Below are positions 18,949 to 29,381 of a stretch of DNA of 64,000 bases, piece after piece. Numbering within the stretch: position 1 is the stretch's first letter; every line of letters starts with the position of its first letter. Location of the stretch: the NCBI GenBank assembly GCA_963702895.1, contig OY969767.1, forward strand, positions 416,001-480,000, in the 5' to 3' direction. This stretch comes from an uncultured Elusimicrobia bacterium (lineage in GTDB: Bacteria; Elusimicrobiota; Elusimicrobia; 2-01-FULL-59-12). The notes below the pieces were generated by a model. It did not search any database. It was not told the DNA's origin and worked only from the letters and a program-made list of their open reading frames with translations. The translations under genes and the position numbers were made by a program.

Positions 18949-20936
18949 TGTGGGGAAAATTCAAACGGCGTATGTTGGGCGATCCTCGGAACCTCCAAGA
19001 TCCGAATATCTTCCACCAGGTGTCGCTGGTCGCTTTCCTCGCTTGGGTTGGGCTTGGAGCGGATGGGCTCTCTTCTTCAGCCTACGGTCCGGACGAGGCC
19101 TTTCGTGCCCTGGGAAGCCATACCCATCTGGCGCTCTTCCTGGTGCTCATGATCGTTTTGACCATTACCGTCATCTCGATCGCCTACTCCAATCTGATCG
19201 AGCACTTTCCCGGAGGGGGCGGTGGGTATCTCGTGGCCACGAAACTTTTGGGCGAAAAGGCCGGGGTTGTTTCCGGATGCGCGCTCCTCGTGGATTACGT
19301 CTTGACCATCTCGGTATCGGTAGCATCAGCCAGCGATGCGCTTTGGTCGTTTCTGCCGGGAGCTGCGGCTCCGTTTAAGCTCTGGGCGGCCATGGGAATG
19401 CTGGTTCTTCTTTTGGTGTTGAACCTGCGCGGCGTCAAAGAGTCGGTTCTCGTGCTTGCGCCGATCTTTCTGGTCTTTATCGGAACGCACGTCTTCATGA
19501 TTATCTACGCCATCGGGAGCCGGTTTATGGAACTGCCCGGCGTTTTTACCGGAGCGGCGACCGAGTTCCGAGCCTCCGTGTCGTCGCTGGGTTTTATTCC
19601 GGTTCTCATGATCCTACTGCGGGCCTACTCCATGGGAGGCGGAACCTATACGGGCATTGAAGCCGTATCCAATGGGATCACCATGTTTCGCGAACCGCGT
19701 GTCCGGACAGGGAAGAGGACGATGTTCCTGATGGCGGCATCGCTCGCCTTCACGGCGGGTGGCATCATGTTCGGATACCTTCTGACCGGTGCCCAGCCGG
19801 AGGTTGGAAAGACGATGAATGCCGTGCTTCTCGAGAACCTCTTTGGCGCGTGGAAACTCGGCCCTTGGTCAGCGGGGACGACCCTCATCGTCACGGCGCT
19901 CATTTCGGAAGCCGCGCTCCTCGTGGTCGCCGCCCAGGCGGGGTTCCTCGATGGCCCTCGCGTGTTGGGAAACATGGCCGTGGATTCCTGGATGCCGCGC
20001 CGCTTTTCCCAACTTTCCGACCGTCTCGTGACGCAGAACGGGGTCATCCTCATGGGCTTAGCGGCTTTGGGGACCCTCCTCTACACGCGTGGGAACATCA
20101 CCACCTTGGTCGTGATGTATTCGATCAATGTGTTCTTGACCTTCACGCTGACAGAGTTGGGGATGTCGCGGCACTGGATCCTCAACCGACGCACGGAACC
20201 GCGCTGGAGAAGCCAGTTGGCGATCCATGGCACGGGGCTCCTCATGTGCGTCTGTATTCTGGTCGTCACGCTCTATGAAAAATTCGGACAGGGAGGCTGG
20301 GTAACGGCCTGTATCACCCTCTCGACCATCGCCCTTTGCTTCCTGATCCGCAGGCATTACCGGCAGGTCCACACTCGGATGCAACGATTGGATGATATCC
20401 TTCACGCCACCTCCATGGAAGAGAGACCCTTTGTGCCCGATGCCTTAGACCGAAAGGCACCGACGGCCGTTTTGGCTGTGGCCGGCTATACCGGCTTTGG
20501 GATTCACCAGCTCCTGTCCATCCAACGGCTTTTGCCGGCTTACTTTAAAAACTTCATCTTTGTGTCGGTCGGCGTGCTGGATTCAGGAAACTTTAAAGGG
20601 AAAGATGAAATTGGCAGCCTCGAAGCCAAGGTGCGGCGTGACCTGGAAAAGTACGCGACTTGGTGCCAGAGACAAGGGCTTCTCGCGGATTACCGAATGG
20701 CCATCGATACGGACGTGCCGGGGACCATGGAAAAGCTATGTTGTCAACTGTCCAAGGAATTTCCGCGGATGATCGTCTTTACTGGCAAGCTCTTATTCGA
20801 GCGGGAACAATGGTTCCAACGTTTGCTCCATAATGAAACCGCTTCGGCGATCCAAAGGCGTCTGCAATTCAACGGCCTACAGACCATCATCCTGCCCATT
20901 CGGGTCCTGGAGGCTTCATCGATGGAGAACGTATGA
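18948..20936 (+). CDS. APC-superfamily permease, KimA/YdaO-like K+ transporter
   Basis: DGLSSSAYG, PGGGGGY, YTGIEAVSNG, about 12 TMs plus cytosolic C-terminal domain; riboswitch context. Confidence 0.85.
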   Translation: MWGKFKRRMLGDPRNLQDPNIFHQVSLVAFLAWVGLGADGLSSSAYGPDEAFRALGSHTHLALFLVLMIVLTITVISIAYSNLIEHFPGGGGGYLVATKLLGEKAGVVSGCALLVDYVLTISVSVASASDALWSFLPGAAAPFKLWAAMGMLVLLLVLNLRGVKESVLVLAPIFLVFIGTHVFMIIYAIGSRFMELPGVFTGAATEFRASVSSLGFIPVLMILLRAYSMGGGTYTGIEAVSNGITMFREPRVRTGKRTMFLMAASLAFTAGGIMFGYLLTGAQPEVGKTMNAVLLENLFGAWKLGPWSAGTTLIVTALISEAALLVVAAQAGFLDGPRVLGNMAVDSWMPRRFSQLSDRLVTQNGVILMGLAALGTLLYTRGNITTLVVMYSINVFLTFTLTELGMSRHWILNRRTEPRWRSQLAIHGTGLLMCVCILVVTLYEKFGQGGWVTACITLSTIALCFLIRRHYRQVHTRMQRLDDILHATSMEERPFVPDALDRKAPTAVLAVAGYTGFGIHQLLSIQRLLPAYFKNFIFVSVGVLDSGNFKGKDEIGSLEAKVRRDLEKYATWCQRQGLLADYRMAIDTDVPGTMEKLCCQLSKEFPRMIVFTGKLLFEREQWFQRLLHNETASAIQRRLQFNGLQTIILPIRVLEASSMENV

Positions 20937-20981
20937 GGCGAAGCGGAATGGGTTGGGTCATCCCTTGCCGTCTTTGAGACC

Positions 20982-21362
20982 TCAGGCGAGTTCCTTCATA
21001 ATCGCCATGAGCTCGCGCTCCACCTCTTCGGCGACGGACAAGAGCCCTACCACCGGGAACAAGGACAAGAGGGCCGTCGGCTTGATGGTGGCGATCTTGG
21101 TTTTGCCACCTTCTTCATAAACCGACACCCGGCAAGGGAGTGCTGTCGAGATCACCATGTTCCCTTCCAAGACCTTTTTCGCCTGCTGGGGGTTGCACAC
21201 CTCAAAAACCAGGCAGTCTCGGTCAAAAGGGACACCCTTGTCATTCATCTTCTGCCGCAGATTGTGGACGCCGAGCACGCCGAACTGATGCCGGGTCGCC
21301 ACGTCCGAAAACACTTGAGCCACCTCTTGAACTGATTTTTTAGACTCGATGACGTGTAACAC
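20982..21362 (-). CDS. DUF302 domain protein
   Basis: FGVLGVHN, FEVCNPQQA, ALPCRVSVYE. Confidence 0.88.
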   Translation of the reverse strand: MLHVIESKKSVQEVAQVFSDVATRHQFGVLGVHNLRQKMNDKGVPFDRDCLVFEVCNPQQAKKVLEGNMVISTALPCRVSVYEEGGKTKIATIKPTALLSLFPVVGLLSVAEEVERELMAIMKELA

Positions 21363-21479
21363 GAAGGATCTCCTCTCCTCACTCCTTTGTTCTGCCTGGC
21401 ATGTTCATGACCCTGTCCGAATAGCAACCAGCGACTTGGCTTGGCATCCGCCTGCTTCCGCTGACGGGGGCGGGCGGGG

Positions 21480-21836
21480 TCAGCGCGTCAGGAGCATTTT
21501 GAGCGAGAGGAGCAGCATCACCGCGCCGAAGAGGCGTGTGAGCCACAGGCGAGGAATTTCAATCGCCCAGTGCGCGCCGATGTAGCCTCCCAACAGAAAC
21601 CCAAGCGCAAGCAGCGCGGCGGCCTTCACATCGACGAACCCCGCGCGCCAATAAAGCAGGGCCGCAAGAAGCCCGATCGGCGGGAGGAGCATCGCGAGCG
21701 TCGTCCCTTGCGCTTGATGCTGCGAAAAATGGAAGAGGTAAACGAGCGCCGGGATCACGATGATCCCGCCGCCGATCCCGATCAAGCCGCTCAAGATGCC
21801 GGCCGCCAACCCCACGGCGATGAGCCCCACGATCAT
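21480..21836 (-). CDS. TauE/SafE (TSUP) family membrane protein, half-size
   Basis: AGILSGLIGIGGGIIVIPAL, AQGTTL. Confidence 0.88.
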   Translation of the reverse strand: MIVGLIAVGLAAGILSGLIGIGGGIIVIPALVYLFHFSQHQAQGTTLAMLLPPIGLLAALLYWRAGFVDVKAAALLALGFLLGGYIGAHWAIEIPRLWLTRLFGAVMLLLSLKMLLTR

Positions 21837-21943
21837 CTTCCTATATTACTTTAGGCGAACGTTCATGACAACCTCCCTGTCAGCGCATCGCGAGCAGAGC
21901 ACAGCGAACAACCTTCAGCTTTTCGCTTTCCGCTGTTCGCTGC

Positions 21944-23086
21944 ATGGCAGCCGAAACATCCCAGAGCTGTATCATGTATAGTTTTCCCATGCAGATTGCG
22001 GCCAGTGATTCGGTCGTTTCCTTCATTTCCGGACCAAAAGAGATCTATTTTTATGACCGGGCGGGGCGGCTCTTTGCTGCCTGGCATGAGGATTGGTTTG
22101 TCCGGTTTGGGTTGGGGGGGAAGGTCGTCGCGGTGCGCTGGGAGCATCGCGAACGCGAGGTCAAGACGCTTGCGCCTGGCGATGCCCAGGCTCTGAGGCG
22201 TCAGGCTCAGCTGCAGCTTCAACATGCTCTTGCGCGCGCGCTGGCGCCCGACGTGAAGCGAACGTTCCTGCGCGCGCAGGCGTTTGACTTAGACGCTGAT
22301 TTCGCCCGGCATCTGGCGGTCTATAAGCCTGTCGGAATCCTGCCGCCGGACCAGTACAATGCCTGCGTTCTTCAAGTCACGGAAGGGTGCGCTTGGAATG
22401 CCTGCCATTTCTGCTCCTTTTATGCGCATCACCCTTTTCGCCTCAGGGACCTCCCGAAAATCAAGTCCCATATCCACCAAATCGCCGATTATTTTGGCGA
22501 TGGCCTGTCCCTGCGCAGTTCCATCTTTTTGGGTGACGCGAACGCCTTGACGGCGCCCGTCGAACTGCTCTTGCAGACCATCAGGATCGCCCGCGAGATT
22601 CTTGTAGCCCGCATGCCCCATTTTCGTGGTTATTACTCCTTCATCGAGCCCCATAAGAGCCAATGCCGAACCAAGGGGGATTTCGAGCGGCTTGCCAAAG
22701 TGGGTTTGCGGCGGATTTATTACGGGCTGGAAACCGGAAACTCTGAGCTGCGGAAGCTCTTGGGCAAACCGGGGGATTTAGAGGAGGTCACAGCGTCCCT
22801 TCATCGAGCGAAGGAAGCTGGACTCCAAGTCGCGCTCATTCTACTCGCCGGAGCGGGTGGTCGCCTGTGGGGGGAGAAACATCTTCAGGATTCGATCGGC
22901 TATCTCCAACGCCTGCCGATCGACACTCAGGACATCGTATTTGTGTCACCGCTCTGCGGACCGGACGGTACGGACGGTCCATCTTGCTCTTCGGCTGAGA
23001 AGAATGACCAAATCACTCACTTCCGCCGTGTCCTCAAAGGGAAAGTGCGCGTCGCCGCCTACGACATCCGTGAATTCGTGTATTAG
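21944..23086 (+). CDS. Radical SAM protein (start uncertain)
   Basis: CAWNACHFC CxxxCxxC motif; IFLGDANAL; YYGLETG. Confidence 0.9.
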   Translation: MAAETSQSCIMYSFPMQIAASDSVVSFISGPKEIYFYDRAGRLFAAWHEDWFVRFGLGGKVVAVRWEHREREVKTLAPGDAQALRRQAQLQLQHALARALAPDVKRTFLRAQAFDLDADFARHLAVYKPVGILPPDQYNACVLQVTEGCAWNACHFCSFYAHHPFRLRDLPKIKSHIHQIADYFGDGLSLRSSIFLGDANALTAPVELLLQTIRIAREILVARMPHFRGYYSFIEPHKSQCRTKGDFERLAKVGLRRIYYGLETGNSELRKLLGKPGDLEEVTASLHRAKEAGLQVALILLAGAGGRLWGEKHLQDSIGYLQRLPIDTQDIVFVSPLCGPDGTDGPSCSSAEKNDQITHFRRVLKGKVRVAAYDIREFVY

Positions 23087-23296
23087 CCGGAATTCCCCAG
23101 TTCGTCACCCCGGCGGATTGTTAGCCGGGGTCTATCATCGACGTAAGAGCATTGATGGATCCCGGGTCTCCACAAGACCGGCGACCCGGCCCGCCGGAAG
23201 TTTGGAGGGCCGGCTTACGACATGCCGGGATGACGGCACAAAAAAGTTCACCTCTGGCAGACGATAGATCGAGTGTGACTGAAGATTTCCGGTTAG
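23083..23296. repeat. Palindromic repeat copy 5 (two modules); end overlaps radical SAM stop codon
   Basis: TTAGCCGGAATT ... GAAGATTTCCGGTTAG. Confidence 0.88.
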
Positions 23297-23351
23297 CCGC
23301 AGCCCCTCAGCAAGGTTCATCGCACAGCCCGGCACGAAAGGCTTCTTACTC

Positions 23352-23879
23352 TTAATCGCAGCTCATCCCCGCCTTGATCCAGGCCCGGACCTGTTCCTTC
23401 CACGACTGGAAGCCGCCTTTCACTAAACCTTCATCTCGTTGTCCGCCCGGCAGCAACCCGCTGTTGGCCGTAGCACCTTCGATTCCCCAGAGCACCCGCG
23501 GATCTTTCAAGAGGTGCTCTTCCATTTCTCTGGCGATGAGCGCTTTGCTCTTGAACTCCGCCTGGATGGCCGCTTTCATCGTTTCGCACGTCTCTTTGGC
23601 GCTCATGCCCGAAGTGTAGAGGCCAGGCCTGGCGAACCACTCTTCCGGATGCTCAAAACCCGTGACCGCCTGCCGATGGCAAAGCACGCACGAGTCTGGT
23701 TTTCGGCCTTTGTGGCTGCCAAAGTCCAAACCCTTCAGCTTCTCAACAAAATAATCATGGCAGCTGGTGCAGGCTTTGGCCTGGAATTTCGCGTGCAAAT
23801 GGGTGCTGAACTTCGTATCGTCCGCAAGCGCCATCACGCCCCATGGCAGTAGCGTGAAAAGCATAAGGCAGCGTTTCAT
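23352..23879 (-). CDS. Periplasmic di-heme c-type cytochrome
   Basis: AGGAGG RBS, signal peptide, CTSCH and CVLCH. Confidence 0.8.
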   Translation of the reverse strand: MKRCLMLFTLLPWGVMALADDTKFSTHLHAKFQAKACTSCHDYFVEKLKGLDFGSHKGRKPDSCVLCHRQAVTGFEHPEEWFARPGLYTSGMSAKETCETMKAAIQAEFKSKALIAREMEEHLLKDPRVLWGIEGATANSGLLPGGQRDEGLVKGGFQSWKEQVRAWIKAGMSCD

Positions 23880-24093
23880 TCCATCCTCCTGTGAAGAATA
23901 ATCCCGTTCTAAAAGAGAGCGCCAGGGGGCCGGCGCCGCTTCCAGCCTGGATTTTACATTTTGGCCGGATGGCCCCGTGCAGCCGAGATGGCTTCTCCGT
24001 GAGGCGCTCCGCCGCGCTTTCGTGGCAGCTCCTGGGAAAATGTGAGCCAGAATTGAGCGGTATTTCAGCCGATCTTCAGGCAGAATAAGAATA

Positions 24094-24295
24094 CTAGACG
24101 GGAATCTGCAGTTGTCGTCATCCCGGTGAAAACCGGGATCCAGTCCATCGTCGTTGAACTGGACCCCGGGTCTCCACAAGTCCGGCGACCCGGCCCGCCG
24201 GGCGTCTGGAGGGCCGGCTTTCGCCGGGGTGACGGCACAAAAAAGTGCATCGAGTTCAGACGATGAGGCAAAATGAACCGAAGATTTCCGGTTAG
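24094..24295. repeat. Palindromic repeat copy 6 (near-identical inverse of 8501-8702)
   Basis: Direct sequence comparison. Confidence 0.92.
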
Positions 24296-24298
24296 GAC

Positions 24299-24703
24299 AT
24301 GCTCGTCATGGATCTTTTGCGCCCTTATCGTGTGTTGGTGGTGGAGGACGAACCCTTTGTACAGGAGTTCGTCGCTTCGGTCCTGCGCCAAAGGGGGTTT
24401 ATCGTCATGCAGGCCTTCGATGGGGATCAGGGCTGGGCGATGTTTAAGACGCACCAGCCCGATGCGGTGATCAGCGACATCTACATGCCGGGAATCGACG
24501 GCTACCGGCTCTGCCGTAACATCCGCGAGAAGGGCGATGCCACACCGGTGCTGTTTCTGACCAACCAATCGGAACTCTCCTCCCGCAATGCTGCTATCGA
24601 GGCTGGCGCGGATGATTTCTTGACCAAACCCGTGGACCCCTTCGATCTCGAAGGACGGCTCTGGGTCGCCCTGCGCCGGAGAACCCCGGTCACCAAGAAG
24701 TAA
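24299..24703 (+). CDS. Single-domain response regulator (REC)
   Basis: VLVVEDE, SDIYMPGIDG, FLTKP. Confidence 0.92.
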   Translation: MLVMDLLRPYRVLVVEDEPFVQEFVASVLRQRGFIVMQAFDGDQGWAMFKTHQPDAVISDIYMPGIDGYRLCRNIREKGDATPVLFLTNQSELSSRNAAIEAGADDFLTKPVDPFDLEGRLWVALRRRTPVTKK

Positions 24704-24762
24704 CGGCCAGAGGTGCCTGCCCCTTGACAGACCTGCCGGCAGAACGCAAACTTCCTCCAGTC

Positions 24763-27372
24763 ATGAACGCGCGCTGGAAGCGGAATCTGCAGCTCGTAAG
24801 CTTGCTGGGGGCCTTCACGGTTTTCACCGTGACCAGCTACTACGCCTATCGCAGCAACTACAACGTGATCGCCGTGAACCGCGGTCTCCTGGCCACCAAC
24901 CGTATCATCGATAACCTCCAGGACCTCCTGTCCCTCTTGCGCCATATGGAATCGGCGGCGAGAGGCTTCGCCTTGACTGGCCGGCCACAACAGCGGGCGG
25001 TCTACGAGAAGGACCTCCCCGAGATCGAGCGTCTCCTCCAATCCCTTCAGAACCAGCCCATGCCAAGTGCCAGGGCGCGCCAACACCTGGAGACCCTCCT
25101 TAAGCGGGCGAGTGAAAAACTGGTCTGGGCGCGCGAGGAAGTTGACGTTCGTCAAAAAAGCGGGATGGCTGCTGTTCAAGGCCTCCATCGGGAGCGGCGT
25201 GGCGAAGACCCGATGGCTGAGCTGGACTCTGCTTTCAAAGAGCTCCGGGAAGAAACCGGATCGCTTTTCGAGCAGCAGCTTCAGAATGAGGAAGCCAGCT
25301 GGCAAGACTCTAAGTTTTGGTTCGTCATACGGACCGTCGTGGTGATCGTCCTTCTCTTGCTGGTCTATTTGTTCTTGTACTGGGAGATCCATGAGCGGAA
25401 ACGAACGGAAAAGGATTTGCGGCGCGCCCAGTCCCAGCTGGGAGCTGAAAAACAGGCCTTGGACCAATACGCGATCGTAGCCGAAACCGACGCCGAGGGG
25501 CGTCTGACCTATGTCAATGATATGTTGACCCGCATTTCCCAATACAGCCGCGAAGAACTTCTGGGCCAAAATGCGCGGATATTGAATTCTGGATATTACC
25601 CGAATTCTTTTTGGGAAGTTTTGTGGAAAACGATTTCATCCGGGCGCAACTGGCATGGAGAGCTGCGCAACAAAGCCAAGGATGGGTCCTACTACTGGGT
25701 TCACAGTATTGTGGTCCCGTTCCCGGGTCCGGACGGGAAGCCGGAGAGATATCTTTCGATCCAGGTCCCCATCACCGAGCTCAAAGAGGCGGAAAAAGAA
25801 CTGAAGGCGGCCACGGAGGCGGCGGAAGCGGCGGGACGGGCCAAGGCCGATTTTCTGGCGAACATGAGCCATGAGATCCGCACGCCGATGAACGCGGTGA
25901 TCGGTATGGTCCAGCTCTTGCGCGGGACCGAGCTCACCCCGAAGCAGAAGGAATTCGCGGACATCGCCTGTCAGGCCGGGGATTCGCTCGTGGGCCTCAT
26001 CAACGATATTCTGGATTTCTCCAAGATCGAAGCCGGCAAGCTCAAGATTGAATCCATGGAGTTTGACCCGCGGGCGACGGTCCATTCGGTCATCGAAATG
26101 CTCAGCGGACAGGCCCATGCCAAGGACCTGCTCATTTCCGCCGAAATCTCACACGACGTGCCGGAGCGACTCGTGGGAGATCCCTTGCGCTTGCGCCAGG
26201 TGCTCATCAATCTCGTGAGTAATGCCATCAAATTTTCCGACAAGGGAGGTGTCCGGGTCACGGTCACGCGGCCCGACGAAACCGCTTCCCAGGCCCGCCT
26301 CCAGTTTGAGATTCAGGACACCGGCATTGGCATGAACCCTGAAACGCAAGCGAAGCTCTTTCAGGCCTTCAGCCAGGGCGACACCTCCGTCACGCGCAAG
26401 TACGGCGGGACCGGTTTGGGACTGGCCATCAGCCGCCAACTGGTCGGGCTGATGGGGGGAAAGATTGGAGTGCGCAGTCAACCGGGGCAGGGGTCGACCT
26501 TCTGGTTTGCGGTGGACTTTCCGAAACCGGCGGTCCGGCCCGAGGGCCCTCTGGTACCCGGCGGCGCCGCGCGCGAAATGTTGTCATGCTCTTTGAACGC
26601 TCAAGATCTCAGTCTACTTGTGGTGGAAGATAACCGGTTCAACCAAGTGCTGATGCAGAATCTCTTGGCGAACTTGGGGTACCGCGCGGACGTGGTTTCG
26701 ACCGGCCAGAAGGCCTTAGCGGCCCTGGGTGATCCGACCCAGCACTACGACGCTGTCTTGATGGATTGTCAAATGCCCGAGATGGATGGTTACCAGGCCG
26801 CGGCGGCGATCAGGGCCTTGGGCGGCACCGTGGCTAAGATTCCGATCATCGCGCTCACGGCCCACGCGCTTGAAGGCGACCGGGAAGAGTGCCTCGCGGC
26901 GGGAATGAATGACTACCTCGCCAAGCCTATCGATCCCCAGCGCCTGCGGGAGGTCCTTTCCCGCTGGGTCCGCGGCTTCGGCGAGCGGGAGGGCGCCAAG
27001 GCCGAAGCCCCGGCCCCACCCAAGGGCAAGGATCCGGTCGACATGTCCATCTTGCTGACTACGACGGAAGGGAATCAAGCGGGGCTTGTTCATCTGATCA
27101 CTCTCTACTTGGCCCAAAGCCGCGAAAGTATGACCAAGCTTGAGCAAGCAATCGAGGGTGGCGTGCCAGAAGAGATCCGCCGGGCGGCCCATGGCCTGAA
27201 TGGCTCAAGCGCCTGCTTCGGCGCGACCCGGATCATCCAGCCTCTGCAGGAGATTGAACAGATGGCCAAGAAGGGTCAAATCGAACCCCGGGTGAAGACT
27301 CTGCTCGCGCAGGCCCAGGAAGATTTCCGTCAGATTGAAGCGTTTGTGGAGCACTACCTTCATCCCCGTTAG
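24763..27372 (+). CDS. Hybrid histidine kinase CHASE3-PAS-HisKA-HATPase-REC-Hpt
   Basis: FLANMSHEIRTPMN, NLVSNAIKF, DTGIG, GGTGLGL, MDCQMP, AHGLNGSS. Confidence 0.95.
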   Translation: MNARWKRNLQLVSLLGAFTVFTVTSYYAYRSNYNVIAVNRGLLATNRIIDNLQDLLSLLRHMESAARGFALTGRPQQRAVYEKDLPEIERLLQSLQNQPMPSARARQHLETLLKRASEKLVWAREEVDVRQKSGMAAVQGLHRERRGEDPMAELDSAFKELREETGSLFEQQLQNEEASWQDSKFWFVIRTVVVIVLLLLVYLFLYWEIHERKRTEKDLRRAQSQLGAEKQALDQYAIVAETDAEGRLTYVNDMLTRISQYSREELLGQNARILNSGYYPNSFWEVLWKTISSGRNWHGELRNKAKDGSYYWVHSIVVPFPGPDGKPERYLSIQVPITELKEAEKELKAATEAAEAAGRAKADFLANMSHEIRTPMNAVIGMVQLLRGTELTPKQKEFADIACQAGDSLVGLINDILDFSKIEAGKLKIESMEFDPRATVHSVIEMLSGQAHAKDLLISAEISHDVPERLVGDPLRLRQVLINLVSNAIKFSDKGGVRVTVTRPDETASQARLQFEIQDTGIGMNPETQAKLFQAFSQGDTSVTRKYGGTGLGLAISRQLVGLMGGKIGVRSQPGQGSTFWFAVDFPKPAVRPEGPLVPGGAAREMLSCSLNAQDLSLLVVEDNRFNQVLMQNLLANLGYRADVVSTGQKALAALGDPTQHYDAVLMDCQMPEMDGYQAAAAIRALGGTVAKIPIIALTAHALEGDREECLAAGMNDYLAKPIDPQRLREVLSRWVRGFGEREGAKAEAPAPPKGKDPVDMSILLTTTEGNQAGLVHLITLYLAQSRESMTKLEQAIEGGVPEEIRRAAHGLNGSSACFGATRIIQPLQEIEQMAKKGQIEPRVKTLLAQAQEDFRQIEAFVEHYLHPR

Positions 27373-27529
27373 CGACGTCACCCCGGCGGATTGTAAGTCG
27401 GCCCTCCAGACTACCGGCGGGCCGTCCGTCCTGCCGTGTGGCGGACGGGGTCTATCATCGACGAATTTGCCATGATGGATCCCGGCTTAAGACATGCCGG
27501 GATGACGGCAATTGCAGATTCCCGGTCAA
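27369..27529. repeat. Palindromic repeat copy 7, spanning both stop codons of convergent genes
   Basis: GTCACCCCGG...CCGGGATGAC..GCAGATTCCCGG; two modules. Confidence 0.85.
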
Positions 27530-29067
27530 TGAGCGACTTTCGCAAGAAGCCGGCTCGTGCGCGCTAGCAGTTCCGGCGGGGAAAACGGCTTGACCATATA
27601 ATCGTTCGCACCGAGCTCAAACCCCTTCAGGACGTCCTCGCTCTGTCCCTGCGACGTCAGCATCACCACGGGAACCTCACGGAGCGCGGCGTTCGCGCGC
27701 AGTCTCCGGAGCACCTCAAAACCATCGATATCGCGCATCAGAACATCCAGCAGGATCACGGAAAATGATTTGGCTGTTGCCGTCTCCAGGACTTTCGAGC
27801 CCTCCAGGACGTGCTCGACGTCGAACCCGCGCTGTTCCAGATATTGACGAAGCAGCGAGGCGGTGAACAAGTCGTCTTCCACCACCAGAATGCTCGGTTT
27901 GGGGCACAGGGGCTGGTTCAAGGCGCTCGCCACTTTGCTGCGCCCCGAGACTTTCCCCGCGTACAGGAGCTGGTCTGCTTCTAAGATCGCCTCTTCCAGC
28001 GTCTCGTCGCCATGGACAGCCACCAGACCCGCTGAGAAGCTGACCTGAAACGTCTCGCCGTTCGGGGCGGTGAATTGCCGCAGCCGGAATTCCTCCAACG
28101 TCTTTTCGAGCATGCGCTGGCTGTCCTGAAGGCCCGTTTGAGGAAGCAGGATCGCAAACTCGTCTCCTCCCCAGCGGGCGAGCAGGTCAGACGATCGGAG
28201 CGAACGCGAAACCACCGACGCCAAGCGGCAAAGGGCGTCATCCCCCGCGGCATGCCCATACAGGTCGTTGATGGATTTGAACCGGTCCACGTCCAAGAGT
28301 CCCAGCGTCAAGGGTTGCCCCGAACGGCCGGCGAGTTGACTGGCACGCGCGAAGGCGTTCGTGAAGGCGTTGCGGTTAGGAATTCCCGTCAAGGAGTCTA
28401 AGGAAGAGCGCCGGCTTCTTTCCGCGGACCGGTGGAGTTCGGCGGCGACCAAGGTCGAGAGCGTGACGGGGTCGAAGGGTTTCAGGATATAGTCATTGGC
28501 TCCCAGGGCAAAACATTCGGTTTTGGGCTGTTGAGCGTGCTCCGCGGAAAGGACGATGACGGGGATCTCCCTGGTGTCCTCCTGTTCCCGAAGCTCAAGG
28601 AGCAAGTCGCGCCCATCGCCATCGGGAAGGCCGAGGTCCAAGAGGACCAGTGACACCTCGCGCTCGGAGAGCGTTTGGCGAGCGGCCGCGATCGAACCGG
28701 CCATCACGATGTCCCGGGAGGGAGAAGCGAGGCGCTCTTGGACCAGGGCCTGCACAACGGCATCATCTTCCACACAGACAATGAGACGCTTTCTTTCTCG
28801 CGGGGTCCGGGCAATGGCCCGGAGAATGGGAATAAACTTTTCGAGCACCCCGCCGAGTTGCTCCTCCGGCGCTTGTTCCAGGATCCGGGACATGGCTTTC
28901 ACTTCCGGGTGTTGACTGAGCCCTTCGGTGGCGCGGAGCGACCGCGCGAGTCTTCGGACGGCGCTTGCGGCCCCCGGCTCCCTGCGGCCAAGCGCCTGGC
29001 GGGCCATCCGCAGGGCGCTCACCCGCGAGGCCAACCCGTCACGACCCCAATTCATGTAATCGATCAT
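27526..29067 (-). CDS. REC-GGDEF-REC diguanylate cyclase (PleD-like)
   Basis: Intact RWGGDEF, RSSD I-site, two REC domains. Confidence 0.93.
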   Translation of the reverse strand: MIDYMNWGRDGLASRVSALRMARQALGRREPGAASAVRRLARSLRATEGLSQHPEVKAMSRILEQAPEEQLGGVLEKFIPILRAIARTPRERKRLIVCVEDDAVVQALVQERLASPSRDIVMAGSIAAARQTLSEREVSLVLLDLGLPDGDGRDLLLELREQEDTREIPVIVLSAEHAQQPKTECFALGANDYILKPFDPVTLSTLVAAELHRSAERSRRSSLDSLTGIPNRNAFTNAFARASQLAGRSGQPLTLGLLDVDRFKSINDLYGHAAGDDALCRLASVVSRSLRSSDLLARWGGDEFAILLPQTGLQDSQRMLEKTLEEFRLRQFTAPNGETFQVSFSAGLVAVHGDETLEEAILEADQLLYAGKVSGRSKVASALNQPLCPKPSILVVEDDLFTASLLRQYLEQRGFDVEHVLEGSKVLETATAKSFSVILLDVLMRDIDGFEVLRRLRANAALREVPVVMLTSQGQSEDVLKGFELGANDYMVKPFSPPELLARTSRLLAKVAH

Positions 29068-29381
29068 AGAGTTTGGAGAACCATCCCCCGAGGATCCTGG
29101 AGTAACTCCTCATGTCCGACGATCATCGCTTGGCCCACTTCGAATACCCCCATGGAACATTGGCTGTCGCTTGCAGCCTATGGAAGGTTAACGTGCCTTA
29201 ACACCTGCGGCAACTTAAATCGGCCTCAAATCGAGACAGATCATCAATATCTATTGATATTTGAATGAGTTTTGTGAGGGGCTCAGGAAGGCCATTGCCC
29301 TCCGAGAGGAAAATCAAGCCAGGAAGTACCGGACTAACCGGGAAACTGCAGTTGCCGTCACCCCGATTTCTATGACCTCGG

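Noticed and set aside
23880..24179. N-terminal extensions of cytochrome, Omp85-like, trmJ, carB, yecH-like and crtO ORFs in the track
   Set aside because: Extensions run through repeats or neighbouring genes; better downstream starts match RBS or family N-termini
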